A stretch of DNA of 63,979 bases, counting the filler, from Hausera hauseri (taxonomy: Eukaryota), in NCBI GenBank assembly GCA_046269625.1. It is 11 parts of 11 records of this genome, joined end to end, with 100 filler letters (N's around TTAATTAATTAA, not from the genome) between each part and the next. Parts side by side here need not be neighbours in the genome. Positions count along the whole stretch, not along the records: positions 1 to 4,818 come from JBJURY010425363.1; positions 4,919 to 9,514 come from JBJURY010512794.1; positions 9,615 to 14,390 come from JBJURY010439803.1; 8 more parts are not named here. One strand, given 5' to 3'. This document shows, piece by piece, positions 1 through 12,699 of the stretch. The notes under the pieces are model-generated. The model was not told where the DNA came from. It was given only the letters and a program-made list of their open reading frames with translations, and did not search any database. Positions within the stretch are counted from its first letter, which is position 1. Each line of letters begins with the position of its first letter. A program made the position numbers and the translations under genes.

Positions 1-835
1 TGTTTATCATTGTCGATAGAAAATGCCCTTGGAGTCGAGAAACTGTTTTATCGAAGTTCTATTGTATACATCACCTATCTGGACGGATTGTCACTGTGGT
101 ATTCTAGTGTCAATCACATGACTCTCATAATCACCCGATTTTATGTGAAGATCCCGTTGAACTAATTCGGAAGACTTCAAATTAGTTAGCAAAAACGTAT
201 CATATGTTAATAAAGTCTGAGAATTACACCCTCGAAATGATACACCCATATGGTTAATCCGAATTTACTTGATAAAACACAGTTTTCAACTTCAAGGCAA
301 TTGATATACCATTACAAGTCCCGTCTGTTAATGCTAAAGGTGGTTTAAGCCCTATCAACTTAAAGCCTAAAGGTCTGATTGATCGGCGGTTATTAATATG
401 ATTGATAGAACCATCCGAATCCAGGGAGCCGACGCATTGATGTAGAAGTAGAACACACGTATGAATGTATATGTACCAAACGTGAGATCATTTGGGTTGT
501 AATTCGTGCATGGCGCTAAATAAATTGGAAGAAATAATCGGGAAAAAGAGAAATAGACATATAAATCATTGTGTAGAAGAGGAACACAAGATGCGCGAGA
601 TGCAGACAACTCGATTGTCGGACCGTCGCCGAACATTGACACCTTCAGACTGACCCCTCAAAATGCAAAGGTAATTGGTTTGTATGTTTGCCCATCGGTT
701 GTCTCGCATGGAAACGAATCGCATGTATGCTGATGGACCAACATATAAATTGGTGCTCCGAGTGAGGGTCTCCCCTTACTTCAGCTTCTTATCGAAAGCA
801 AAGATTGTTAACTTGATTTTATAGGATGCAGTATA

Positions 836-1093
836 GTGGAGTGCGGAATCTGCTTCCGTGAAATTAACCTGAGATACACCTTATTTGTCAGGTGCACTCA
901 TTTTACTTGCGTCCAATGTGCGGACAAGTGGCTCAGAAGCCAGCAGAACTGCCCCTTCCGTCGACGAAGAGTCTCAAGCTATAAGTGTATGGGAAGCACC
1001 GCAGTGGTTTTCCCGGATGATGAAGAAACGGAAAGTGATGACCACGTTTATCTCTTGGGACCAGATGGAGTACCTCGTAGATTACCCGAGTGA
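836..1093 (+). CDS. Small RING-HC finger protein, last Cys lost (possibly a pseudogene)
   Basis: CGIC..CTHFTCVQC..W..CPFR pattern with an acidic tail; TATA-like CATATAAAT at ~742 upstream. Confidence 0.75.
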   Translation: MECGICFREINLRYTLFVRCTHFTCVQCADKWLRSQQNCPFRRRRVSSYKCMGSTAVVFPDDEETESDDHVYLLGPDGVPRRLPE

Positions 1094-1399
1094 TTTGTAA
1101 ATACATATATTCTACCTGTTTATTGATCCTGAAGGTCTTCAAATAATTACGACCCAGAACTAATCATAGTAGTGATGGAAGAATAACGCGTAAATCGTCA
1201 TAGTAATTATTGATAAATATAGTTGGGTCACCGATTTGTTATTGAATAGAATAATGCCATTATTTGATAATTCGTTACATTGGCAACAGATGGTTTGAGA
1301 AGCAATTCGAGAATGAATGTCGTACACTTATTCACTCCAATAATAACAGTAAAATTGCTATAATAGAGAAATGAAACAGTGAGATCAATGTATAGGAAG

Positions 1400-2180
1400 A
1401 ATGAAAAGAAGAGACATTATTCCATTATGATGATTGTTCCGAATTATTCGAAATAGAGTCACTAGATATTACTAAAGATCAGGTTTGGTGCCCGTTCAGT
1501 ACAATCACCAGTAAGAGGTCGAGAGGATGATAGATAAAAGGAACACCCATTTAAACAAATGAATAATAAAGAAAAACAAATATTTCTTTAAGAGCCGAAA
1601 ATTGAATTACAAATCAAATGGATACTGATTTTACTATGAACTATATGTCGGGAACACCCAATGGCTCCAATGAAAGAGCAGAAATTCTGTCCTTTGTGAT
1701 AAAACCAACAAGATGATATTATCAACATGGAGGAAGAGGATTTCGAAAACAATACACGGGAAGAAGAAACGTTATTTTATTGCAACAGCTGCTCTGAATT
1801 AATAGGAATAGAATCATTAAATATGATTGAATGACAGATTTTGTGCCAATTCTGCACTTTAATCAACGAGGATATAGAGGAGGATGAGCGAATGATAGAT
1901 GAGAGAAATATGAATTAAAATAAAATAAACGAATCCCAACGGGAAATATAAATGTTATATTGAATTTTAACTTCTTATATTATGTTCCGTATGCCTGAAG
2001 TACCCAACAACTCCAAAGAAGGAACGGAATACCTGTCCTTTATGTAGATTTATAACAGAATTAGGAAGAGAGGACGACCAGTTCAAATGCAGTCATTGAG
2101 GAGAAGCAATCGGACTAGATATTGCTACCATGGACGAAAATTACTTTCTGTTGTGTCCGATCTGTGCGTTGACCCCATAG
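1400..2180 (+). pseudogene. Three tandem decayed paralogues of a small CxxC-CxxC zinc-finger protein
   Basis: Manual translation: EETLFHYDDCSELFEIESL..WCPFS (~1408-1500), *TICREHPMAPMKEQKFCPL*..EETLFYCNSCSELIGIESL..LCQFC (1637-1918), LCSVCLKYPTTPKKERNTCPLC..FKCSH*GEAIGLD..LCPIC (~1979-2180); each is followed by AATAAA. Confidence 0.7.
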
Positions 2181-2281
2181 GATTTTGAGGAGTTAGGTAT
2201 ATTGCTATAATTAAAGGATTTGTGAATATTATTAATAAATGTTTTTAATAGTTAATAGTCTAAAGTAAAATCCATAAAACA

Positions 2282-2643
2282 ATGTATCTGGCCTTGAAGT
2301 CTTCATGTCTTGTAGATATTTGCCCTATCTGTCTGTAGGAACTACCCATGGACCGATTGGCCTTATCTTGTAACCATCAATACTTCCAACTCTGCATATC
2401 TACGTGGTTGTCAGTTAAATGACTTGCCAATGTTGCCGAAGAGCATGCGCAATTTTTTCAGTATGTTTTAATCTGATTACGGATACCCCAACGACACTAC
2501 CCTGTCAGCATGTTATCTGCCAACACTACTCAAGCAAATATTTAGAAATTAATCGGTCTTGTCCTTCATGCTATGAATACGCAAATTTTCATTTCCTGGA
2601 ACAGCTGATTATATATGTAGATGTTGCAACCGAATTTCAATAA
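2282..2643 (+). pseudogene. Double-RING finger gene, decayed
   Basis: CPICL*E..LSCNHQYFQLCISTW, then a frameshift, TCQCCR, then a second RING SVC..LPCQHVICQH..SCPSC. Confidence 0.75.
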
Positions 2644-2804
2644 CCCTCATAATAGATGAAGACGAGAAGGGCTGGCCGGATGAGTGGAGGAACCCTAGGC
2701 CCTTCCGGATTAAAGACTTATAATTCTGAGACTAATAATTGTGGCTAACTATGATGTTTATAATTGTTAATAAAGCTGATAAAATTATTTTATTTTTGAA
2801 AGGA

Positions 2805-3123
2805 ATGTATGTCAATTTTTATCTAGATTTTCCATGTCTAACATGCAGAAGGCATTCCTTATCTTATCCCTTGCCTTCATACATGCCCAGCCATCTATTC
2901 AACCTGTAACCCACGAGGCCAACTAACGTCAATAGGATCTACCGGTGCCATTTGTTTAATCCCGTGCTCAGTCGACCCCATTACGCTGATGAGCTGTCGA
3001 CATGAATTTTGTCAAACATGCCTTAGGGAATGGTTCAAGATATCAACATCATGTCCCACGTGTAGAGGTAGCAGCAGAATTCTTAAGAACGGACTCAACT
3101 ATTATACTGTAAAAAGATTGTGA
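2805..3123 (+). pseudogene. RING finger gene (partial RING plus RING), not in the ORF track
   Basis: 2944-3123 translates GAICLIPCSVDPITLMSCRHEFCQTCLREWFKISTSCPTCR..*; CLTC and LIPCLHTC lie upstream; AATAAA follows the stop. Confidence 0.8.
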
Positions 3124-3214
3124 ATAAAATAATAAATAAAATTTGGTTTTTTACTATTAACAGAAATGAAAAACTAAATCGCTACTAAAAAACAATAAAG
3201 AATGGAAATTAAGG

Positions 3215-4468
3215 ATGAACGACTTTTATACTAAAGCATTATTTAATTTAGTCAGTCTCGAGATACCGATGATTAACGATACGGAGTACGGAACGCTCAA
3301 AAATCCTACAGGCTCAAATGTAACTCATTCGAATGCAATAAAATACTTACAATACTATCGAAATAGACAAGATAGGCCAGCGGCATTTATAAAAAGAATA
3401 ATAGATTACACCAAACTGAAAGTAATAGACGATTCAATGAAGAATGCGCAAACGAGGAAAATATCATTCTTGGAATATCCAGATTCACCCGTCCCTGGCA
3501 AATTAGCTTAGTTACATGCAAATATAGGCTTGTTCCGAACTACATTTGGACGAATAAAATGCCTTTATTGTCAAGGAGAGTTTCTTTAAGAGTCCACAAA
3601 TGATCAGCAAAAAAGGAAGTTATATCCCACCTGTCCTTATTTACTAAACATTAATTTTAATAACACACTACTAACAGATAGCTTTCCTAAACAGCCCAAT
3701 ATAGACAGGGGCACTAAATATGACACGACAATACCAGCGCGAATGGTTTATTCAACGAATAAAGCAGTGAAAGAGAACTTATACTTAATTTCGAATACAG
3801 TCCAAAAAAGAAAATGAATTTTCAAAGGAAATAAGAATATTGAACATCTAGCTAAACACGGACTAATATTAATCTTAAAAGGGAAGAGTAATATGTAAAA
3901 TATACTATATGTTTAAAAGAAACTTATTTACTCGAAAATATTGACCAACTGTGTCCAGACATACTGCACACCACCAAATGCAATTATTCAATACATAAGA
4001 CCTCTGAAAGGTGCACTAAAAGGCCATGCCAAATACAATCTGATATGGTAAACCTTTGCGAAAAGTAACAAGAAAGTCCAGTAGCTGTGTCAATAATAAC
4101 TCAACATTCTACAAGGCGTGAAAATATATTACAATATATCAAATACCAAACAGAAACGCAACAAGTTTGGTCTCTCAATACATTCGAATTACTTCAGAAC
4201 CATCAATTTCCTTTCCCCGGAGGAAGAAGGAGAACCAGAAAAAAATATTCTTAATGAACTCTACCTACGTGATTTGGAATGTGTGATCTGCTATGCAAAC
4301 TTAGCAAAAGTTATCCTCTTACCTTGTGGTCATTTGAAAACATGCGAGAAATGCTTACATCGAACAAGGAATTACCCAGTTTGCAGAATCCATATAGAAA
4401 GAAGAATAACATGTTTCCAATTCCCAGTAATAAACACCGAGGATATCCATATTTTAAACGAACACTAA
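3215..4468 (+). pseudogene. Inhibitor-of-apoptosis (IAP)-like gene with two decayed BIR-like domains and a C-terminal RING
   Basis: BIR-like RKISFLEYP..LA*LHANIGLF..IKCLYC..YPTCPYL (~3450-3645); second BIR-like EHLAKHGL..YVKYTIC..LHTTKCNY (~3840-3990); IAP-type RING ECVICYANLAKVILLPCGHLKTCEKC..YPVCR. Confidence 0.8.
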
Positions 4469-4818
4469 CTGATAGACTAGTGTGTATCTGATTTAAATAA
4501 ATACTCATTTGTATATAGACGAGTCTCTTAAATAACCATATAATGCAATATATTAAACAAATTTGTTTATAGAATTAGTGAATACCAACAGCATGACCCT
4601 GACCGACCTTAACAATTGGCCAATCGAATTACTAACTGTAAGAAATCAACCTCCCGAAATAGTTTATGGATGATATAAACTATACAATAACCCCCTACTC
4701 AATAATGTAACGGATCTAGGATACTCCAAATACTGACTATGGTTGCTATCAAAACTAATGAAAAAGCAGAGTATGAAATGTTACCATCCGTGATTACCAA
4801 TACATATCAAATGCAATT

Positions 4819-4918
4819 NNNNNNNNNNNNNNNNNNNNNNNNNNNNNNNNNNNNNNNNNNNNTTAATTAATTAANNNNNNNNNNNNNNNNNNNNNNNNNN
4901 NNNNNNNNNNNNNNNNNN
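4819..4918. other. Artificial contig linker (first of ten; others at 9515-9614, 14391-14490, 19496-19595, 26307-26406, 34270-34369, 38696-38795, 44903-45002, 50921-51020, 59888-59987)
   Basis: Identical 44N-TTAATTAATTAA-44N block with stops in all six frames; sequence composition changes abruptly across each linker. Confidence 0.98.

Positions 4919-4986
<68 letters not shown>
4919..4986. repeat. (TG)n microsatellite
   Basis: About 34 perfect TG units at the contig start. Confidence 0.98.
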
Positions 4987-4987
<1 letters not shown>

Positions 4988-5223
4988 CTCGTTATGTGTG
5001 TGTTAAGTATAGTTTATTTATATAGCACCTTTCCTAGACATAAAATCACAAAGCACTTCACATAAAATAAAATAAAAACAATAAAATAAATTAGTAAATT
5101 AAAACATCACCACAGCATTACATTCAAACGAGATGTATATGTGTGTATAGCTGACCTGCCAACAAGGATTATGTAATGTAGTAATAATTGGAACTTGCTA
5201 ATGATTGGAAACTTCTTTTGCAG

Positions 5224-8200
5224 AAGCAAATGTTGGAGAAGACCTGTTGGCATCACTCTCCCGAGATGACATCAAAGATCTTTTCCCAGGCCCTGAGCAT
5301 TTCCTTAGGCGTCGAGCTCTATGGCTTGCAGTGCACAAGTGTGAGCAAGTAAGTTCTATTGTATTTTTGTGTGACAAAACTGTTTTATGCAGTCTCAAGG
5401 TATTTTACAAACACACATAACAGAAACCCTGAAGGGATTTTATCATCTTCTTTAGTTTTCTTAAAACAACTGGCCTGCACATTTATCAAATGCGCACATT
5501 TTTAATTGTACAACACTTTACAGCTATTTTGCTGTGCATTTTTTTCATGTTGAGAACTGGAGTATTTGTGCAACTTTATGTTAAATTAACCCTGTGTAAT
5601 TGCATTGTATTTTAGGAAGAGACTCCTGAAAAACCGCCAACAACTACTGGAGATGGTGACTTCTCTAGAGAGGAACCCAACACTTCCAAGTTTGTGACTA
5701 TGTCCAATCCGGAGTACATAATCTTCACAGACAGTGAACTTGAGCAAGCTCGACAGTCCTACTTCGAACAGAGGCGGCAGGGGACAGAGCGTACTGAGCC
5801 CTTATCAAAGGAACTCTTTTGTCGACTTGTGAGAAACACTATGACCAACATGATTTCAATAGCAAGAGCAACTGAGGACTCTAGATACCCCAGCAAACAT
5901 GAGGTTGATGCCATAGCAAAACGATTGATGGAGTACTACCCAATGCTTAAAGGATCATGTGGTGGGTGGGTAAGTAGCCTTGGTTCACTACCACTCTTTT
6001 TTTTAACATGAATGTTGTAAGCTTGAGTGTCTTATCTTTTTTATTTTCATCATTTGTACCTGCCAGGATCATGTGGCTAAAAAGCTGATGAAGAGACTCT
6101 CGAATGTCAAAAGTCCAAAGAAAGGCAAACATCCTCCTTCAAAGAAGCCAAGAAAAGATGAGACTAAAGGTGTTACAACAAGTGACAGCAGTGGAGAATC
6201 CAGTACATCAACTATTATTCTGGATAATTCACCACCTAAATCCATGAGCACCCCAGTGCAACAGCAGGATGACAGTGATGAAGAATGTAAGTATTAATAT
6301 AATGCACCCTCTTAACATCCCTTCTATGCATCTGTGGGTTTTGAGTACAACATTTCTTTTAAATATTCCACTAACAATAGAACCTCAACACTTCACTGTT
6401 TAGAATCAATGGGCCTCATGCAAGAACTGTTCGCACGCACAGATTTGTTCTTAAGCTGTGCGTACGAGTAATTTGGGAGAATTTGTGGCATTCAACACCT
6501 TTTTCGTATTTCACGATTTTCTTCAGATATGAACAAAACTCACGAGTGGTCCAGACCTGTCGTATATTTTACGTGTCTGCTGTTATCCAGTCTGGTTTTC
6601 TTCACTAAGAACCTTATATTTCATTAGTTTGAAGATATTTCGAGTTGAAAATAAATCCTACTCCATAATTATGTTGACAATAGGCTGTTCTGTTTGAATT
6701 AGAATTTTAAATGTAATAACCTAGACAAACTAAAATTAAATTAAACTAACTAAATTAAATTAAATTGGCTATTAATGCTGTTGTATTAATATGAAGATCT
6801 CAAACTACAAACCAACTTAAATTATGCATTAATTGAAGTTAATTTGTCTCAGTATAAAACAAGTTTTATAGTTTTTTTTTTTAATCCAATTTTATTTTGT
6901 TTTGATTTATTAAGCACATCAGCTATTTTCTCCAAAGTGGCAGTTCAGAACTTCATCTGACACCGCTATTGATGGGGGGTTGACGGCGGGGGGACCGCTC
7001 TTCAGAATAAATGAAAACTATGTAAATCAGTTATTTACACTTAAATGAAAAATATTTGGCCAAAGGAAAACCGGAGCAGGACTAGAGAGAGATGAATATG
7101 ATTTAGATTTTTAGTTATGTGACTGTAACGACCCACAGGAGACACAGCATTAACAGCAGTCGTTTTTTCATAGCTAGACTATAGCAGCTCCATTTCACAG
7201 CTGACGCTGCTAAAAATGACATTTTTATTTCTGGATCTCTGAGAGCAGGACTTCAATCTCTGAACTCGTAAAGTTCTTTTTACTTTGTGATGTCAGTTTA
7301 GAATGGACACTTCCTGGTATGTGGGGCAGGAAACGTAGCCTCATATGGTGTTTTTGGGGTGGTAATTATGCTAATCTCTCCTCGGAGCACCTGAATATGA
7401 ATAAGTGTCAATCAGCAGTTTTTGATCCTCATTTAAACACTTTTCCAGAAAATAAGAGAGTTTGAATCTGACATGAGATATTCGAACCCTTCGTACGAAC
7501 AAAAGTAAGAGAAATTTAGGAACATGTTCTTGCATGAGGCCCAATGTGTTCTATTCAATAAAGAGAAAAGGTAATGAAATAAATAATAATTTGTGTATGC
7601 TTCAAGTTTTTTTGGTCACTTAACTTGTTGATATGTTTTACAGATATATCTTACAATTTTTCTTGTAGCGTTGTGTTTTTATGTTTGTTTTCCACCAATG
7701 TAACCCACTTCAGACTTACTTTGGTAATAAATGATTTGCACACCTCTGCTCTATATGTTTAGCAGGTTCAGCTGACTTCTTTGACAGCCAGAAAACTCAG
7801 GCTAGACACTACAAGACACTCCAAGAAATATACAAGACCAAGAAACCAAATAAGGCTGCTGTAAGCCAACTGCTGAATCTGGAGTTTGAGTCCCGAAGAC
7901 GCTTCATTAAATCTGATGTTATGAAGGAGCAAGACAGACCACTGAGGATTCTGGAGGCATACCCTTGTTTCAAAGAATTGGATCATGTAAGCAGTCCTCA
8001 TTTCTTTTAGCCATCCCAGTATTCCTTTGGAGGCATTTTTTAATTTTACATTTTCTATGTTTACAAGACAGAACAAATCTTAATTGGTTTTCTGTCTGTA
8101 TTTTGCAGGTCATGGATGAGCTGCGGAGAATTATTCAACCATCCAATTCAAGATACATCTCAGAGATGAAGGATAGATGGGAAAGCTTCTACTCTAAGGT

Positions 8201-8466
8201 GCAGTTCTATGCTGTCATGAAGAAAGCTATGAAGCCTCCAAATACTTTGGATGGAGGTAATACTACAATATGCTGTGTTTAAGTTTGTTTTACAGATTGC
8301 ATTATTTGCTATATTTAATGGTGTTGTCTTGTCTTATTTTTCTTTTGTCAAACTAGTGGAACATGCGACAGCTGTGTTCAGAGCCCTTCCAATGCTCTTC
8401 CCTTCCAGCACAGCACCACCAAAGAAGCTGGGCACCTGTAGTGAGGCTTTTTTCCATGTCCTTCAG
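5224..8466 (+). CDS. Multi-exon fish-type SAM-domain (SAMD3-like) uncharacterised protein, partial
   Basis: Canonical GT-AG exons 5224-5348, 5616-5969, 6067-6286, ~7763-7986, 8109-8256, 8357-8466; SAM-like LLASLSRDDIKDLFPG; family name recalled, not searched. Confidence 0.65.
6411..7542. mobile_element. Non-autonomous PIF/Harbinger-type DNA transposon in an intron
   Basis: Perfect 17-bp TIRs GGGCCTCATGCAAGAAC (6411-6427) and GTTCTTGCATGAGGCCC (7526-7542); 3-bp TSD AAT on both sides; no transposase. Confidence 0.9.
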
Positions 8467-9251
8467 GTGAGGCTGTAATATTCTTTGTGCCTATTGATAT
8501 ATTTAAATTAACTATGCTTTCATTTTATGTATTTTGTAAAAATTTGATCTAAATACTCTTAAAGTTCAGATCTTTGTTATGATTTGGGCTTGGTTGATTA
8601 GAACCCCAGACACAGGACTGAGTGAAGCTGGCAAAATTGTATTTATTAAACAAAAACAAAGCGCTGACATGGCAGCAAAATTAAATACAAGGACTTGGCA
8701 TGACATAGTGATGGACAGTTTGAAGCTGAAGCTTTGGCGCATGTATTGAAATAACAACATTGTTTTAGAAGCACTGTGTCGGAGCTTGATTCGTTTGGTA
8801 AAAGTCATGATGATCAGTGACGTCAGAAGCTTCAAAAGTGGCGAAGTTACGTCACTGCTTTTGTACCTGATTCAAAGGTTCATGAGGAAGTAAATCATCG
8901 GCTGGATTCGTGGTGTGTTTTGATGGCAAATGCGCAAATTATAACAAACCAGTGAAGGACTTATTAAGACACAGAGGCAAACAAATGTATGTTAAGTTAA
9001 TAGTGCAGATGGGCCAGCCAGTGGGAGTTCGGTCTAACACACATGCTGACACAGCCGGACCCATAAAGAACCTGTGATGCGTGCACGTGCGCACACACAT
9101 ACACACACACACGGACCCACACACAACTGCGCACGGCTTGGCTCATCATTAAAAAGAAAGCAACGGGAGCGCAAGACACATCCCAGAGCAGAGTTTCACT
9201 TGTTGCACAGGTGATGCTTTTCATAAAAATAAAAACACCAATGGTTACTAT

Positions 9252-9514
9252 TAGGGTTGAGCCGGATACTTGTTTCAGACGAGTACTCGTTATGGATAAT
9301 GCATTTTTGACGAGTACGAGCATGAACCAAATAAAGCTTGTCAACATTCGTGCTCGTTCTGAAGGAAGATCCTCATTGGGTAACTGACTGTCTTCACGAG
9401 CTGTGATTGGCCAGTCGTACAGAGAGAGCCCGCCCAACACTCACAGACTCTTCTCTGCAGCGGGAGCCTGATGATGGTAGCTTAGTCAGCTGTGTCAGCT
9501 TGTGTGATGGATAT
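9252..9514. mobile_element. Possible end of a hAT-type non-autonomous element
   Basis: Begins TAGGGTTGAGCC with repeated CGAGTAC motifs; the other end is beyond the contig. Confidence 0.35.
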
Positions 9515-9652
9515 NNNNNNNNNNNNNNNNNNNNNNNNNNNNNNNNNNNNNNNNNNNNTTAATTAATTAANNNNNNNNNNNNNNNNNNNNNNNNNNNNNN
9601 NNNNNNNNNNNNNNATTAATACAAAAAATACAACACGTCATAACGAAGATAT

Positions 9653-12370
9653 TTACGCTAACGCAACATGCCCGTGAGGTAGTGTGCTTATTCCATCACT
9701 CAGGATCTGCTTTTTGTCATCCATCCAATCTAGGCTCTTCTTCTGTAGTGCTACTGTCTCAATGTTATGAGCCCTAGACTGGATCCTTCGCATCTCTGAT
9801 ATGATATGAGTCTACTCATGCAGAACTCTCACATAGTCATTAAAGCCAATCTTCTTGGCTAAGGTGGCCCTTTGAATCCCCTTAGCCCGATTCTTTACTT
9901 CACCACGTACATCAAGGGCACACATTTTAGATCTAAGAGCCAACAATCTCGAGATGATTGCCCCATTCACTTCGCTTTGAATTTCCCAAGGAACATTTGT
10001 TGATAATTGAATAGTTGGGATGATCCTTCGGATAGTCAGACGTATCCATATGCTGAGCCAACTTAGAAAAGTCTGCATAAATGTCCTCCGTATGAATCTG
10101 ATAGACAAAACTATCAGTCTCCATGTACATTTGCTGTATGGACTTGAATGTGGGTACCATGATGTCATAGTGAAATTTGTAGATCAAAATCTTTGATACA
10201 TCTAGTATTGCTATACCCACATATATGGGCTTGCTGAATTGTAAGGATGTTTTCAGCATATGGATGCTGACCAAGTTCTCCGCATATATGATGCTTCTAT
10301 AAAAGTTGAGCTTGACAATGAGCTTCTATGCCGCTTCCACTCAGAGACCAGTTCAATGTTGATCCTTTTGCGGATATTCTCCATCGTTTTGCCAAAAACG
10401 CTGTTGTTGTAAAGCTTAAACTAGTCCTTCTCAAAATCGTTCTTGGCATTTTTCCGCAGCTTGGTATTAAGATCTATGGAGGTCTGCATCCAGTTGGTCT
10501 AGCTGAACTGCAGGCCCGATGGATTTTTGTAATACGAAGTCCATTCCTGACAGCTTTCTGGAGATTGATGTAGTGGACTACATACCTCGCCCTATTATCC
10601 ACATGACAGAGCAGCTTTCTGAGATTTCCATGGGGTGGAGGTGTGTTCCCAGGGAGGAGAGGCAGCTGTTGATGTCTTGTGTGGATAGAAGCCGAATATT
10701 CCATAGCCACGTCCAGTATGTATCCCATATGTTCAGTGAGATCCAGTTCCAGTATGGGGATGTTTTCGGGATACTCCACCTAGTTGAAGTCATCATATGG
10801 TAATGGGGCGATCATTGCACATCCATACAAATTGTTGGCATCTATGTATAATATATATGAGGATTCCTTGGATGGTTCATACTGGACCATAGTCTTGTTG
10901 TTGGCCTCACTATGCCGATGGATGTCCTGGCATATTCCGCCTCTAACACCTCTCTCAATCATGAGGATCATGTCGCAATCTTTTATGATCTGCAGCCTAA
11001 TACCGGTATATCTCAGCATTGCTGCCCAGATCATTCCTGATCCCGTAAAAAAATGAGTCGAATCCAATGTACGGCTCTTTACTATAACATCCCTGAATCT
11101 CTCAAAAACATCTGTCAGCAGTAGCACATCCGTATTGAGGTATATGTCGCTGTATTCCTCTAATGTCCGACAATAGAATTCATGCCAGACGTTCTAAGCA
11201 TGCTGGTTGTTCTCATCACTGATATGGCAATCAGAGAGGATATTATAAAAGTCCTTCTTGGCCGGTAATGACGTCTCATTTAGTGTTTCCCATAAAGTTA
11301 TGTAGTCATAGGGAAATATGCATTTCCCCTTGATAAGGTTAAATGTAGTAGGGAAGAACCGCTTCATCTCTTTCAGTTCTTCTGCAGGGAGGTTCTTCAC
11401 TAAACTGTCAAGCGAAGACGACATGAAACGTGAACTGTCTATGAAGCAAAGCCTGATTTTCCCAACATGCTTCGTAAATGCGATGTACTTCTTCTCACTG
11501 TTGGAGATCACATCAATGTTTCCTTCAATGCTGTCCACTTCCCGAACAATGAAATGGGAATCATAGCCACTGAGATTATGGAACACTACAGGCATATATG
11601 TACATATTTTGAAACGCAGATTGCAATTATTGCATGCTGCGCCTTGATATTTGCCTGTAAAATAACAATGATCCCTGACTTTATGATTCTCCTTAGTGAA
11701 TTATTTGGAGCACAAGTAAAATGCTGTTGCCTTGCGCCATTCTTCTTCTTGCTGCTTCCACGTGCTTATTGTATCCTTATGCTGCTGCTGTATATCTCCA
11801 ATCCTCTGAGCCATATTTTCAAGTCGCTTCATAAAATGAGCTGCTGCGCCTGGACCCCTGAATATATATGGTTCACTGTCCAGTCCTTTAGCATACATGC
11901 AATATGATGAGAGCTCGTGATATTGGTATGCTGTTGTGCTGCTATGTTGGAAATTAGGACTGAAACTCTGAACTGGGCGCAGGATCGCATCAAAGTTGCT
12001 ATAAATAACTATTGGGACCTTGATCTTCTTTTCGAACTTATTGAATTCAATGTAATCCGCCTTGAAAATTTCTGGCCTGATACGATAATTGTTGTTGCAG
12101 TACATCTTGTGCTCTTTCAGCTTTTCCACAGCTAACTTGCCATTGAAATGCGACAAGCATCGTTTACATATTTCTATTTGTCCATGATGTTTTGTAATTT
12201 GTAATCTGACTAGCCGCTCAAAGTCTTTGATCCAAACATAATGTTTCTTTTCTCCATCGTCTATTAGGAGCAGATCTCTATGATCTTCCAATTCAGTATC
12301 ACATATCTGCAGCGGATATGTAATATGTTCTCCTCATCCAATCCCAAGATATTGATAGATATATTGTTGT
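9653..12370 (-). pseudogene. Polinton/Maverick (adintovirus-like) protein-primed family B DNA polymerase, decayed
   Basis: HYVWIKDFERL, CKRCLSHF, IYSNFD (ExoI), GAACNNCNL, FHNLSGYDSH (ExoII), IFPYD, YIDANNLYG, KLYNNSVFGKTMEN, YMETDS; many stops and frameshifts. Confidence 0.95.
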
Positions 12371-12699
12371 CAACATATTTCCATTGTATTGCCAACATAC
12401 TGCATTTGTACAATTGTTGTAATGCATCAATTGCATGAACTTGCCACGTAATTTGAATGATGAAAACAAAAACTTCCTCATATACACACATGAATCCGTC
12501 ATTATGCTACATATATTGTCATTGTATTTCATATGTCTTATCAACGTGTTGCATTTGTTTTAATGCAATAATTTTATAAAATTGTTATTCCCACCAAACT
12601 TGCTTCAGCACCTTGAAATTCACAGTAAAACAACATGTACGCACCTAAATTTATCGATTTTAGAGTATTGAATTATTTGAATATTCGACTTGTGAACCG

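Noticed and set aside
1637-2099. TGA at three expected Cys positions (1637, 1697, 2097), suggesting selenocysteine or TGA recoding
   Set aside because: Other Cys positions in the cassette decay to Tyr, Ser, Arg, Gly or Phe, and TAG/TAA stops and frameshifts are common, so neutral decay is enough
2284-2826. Possible micro-introns (20-32 nt, GTAT..TAG) at the start of two RING genes
   Set aside because: The unspliced frames already read through from the ATG, so splicing is not needed and cannot be supported without transcripts
4863-4874. Regularly recurring TTAATTAATTAA as a biological repeat or CRISPR-like element
   Set aside because: It is always centred in 44+44 N, so it is a synthetic six-frame-stop linker; gene neighbourhoods across linkers are meaningless
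10328-12135. Plus-strand ORFs overlapping the pPolB pseudogene
   Set aside because: They are antisense shadows of the polymerase frame
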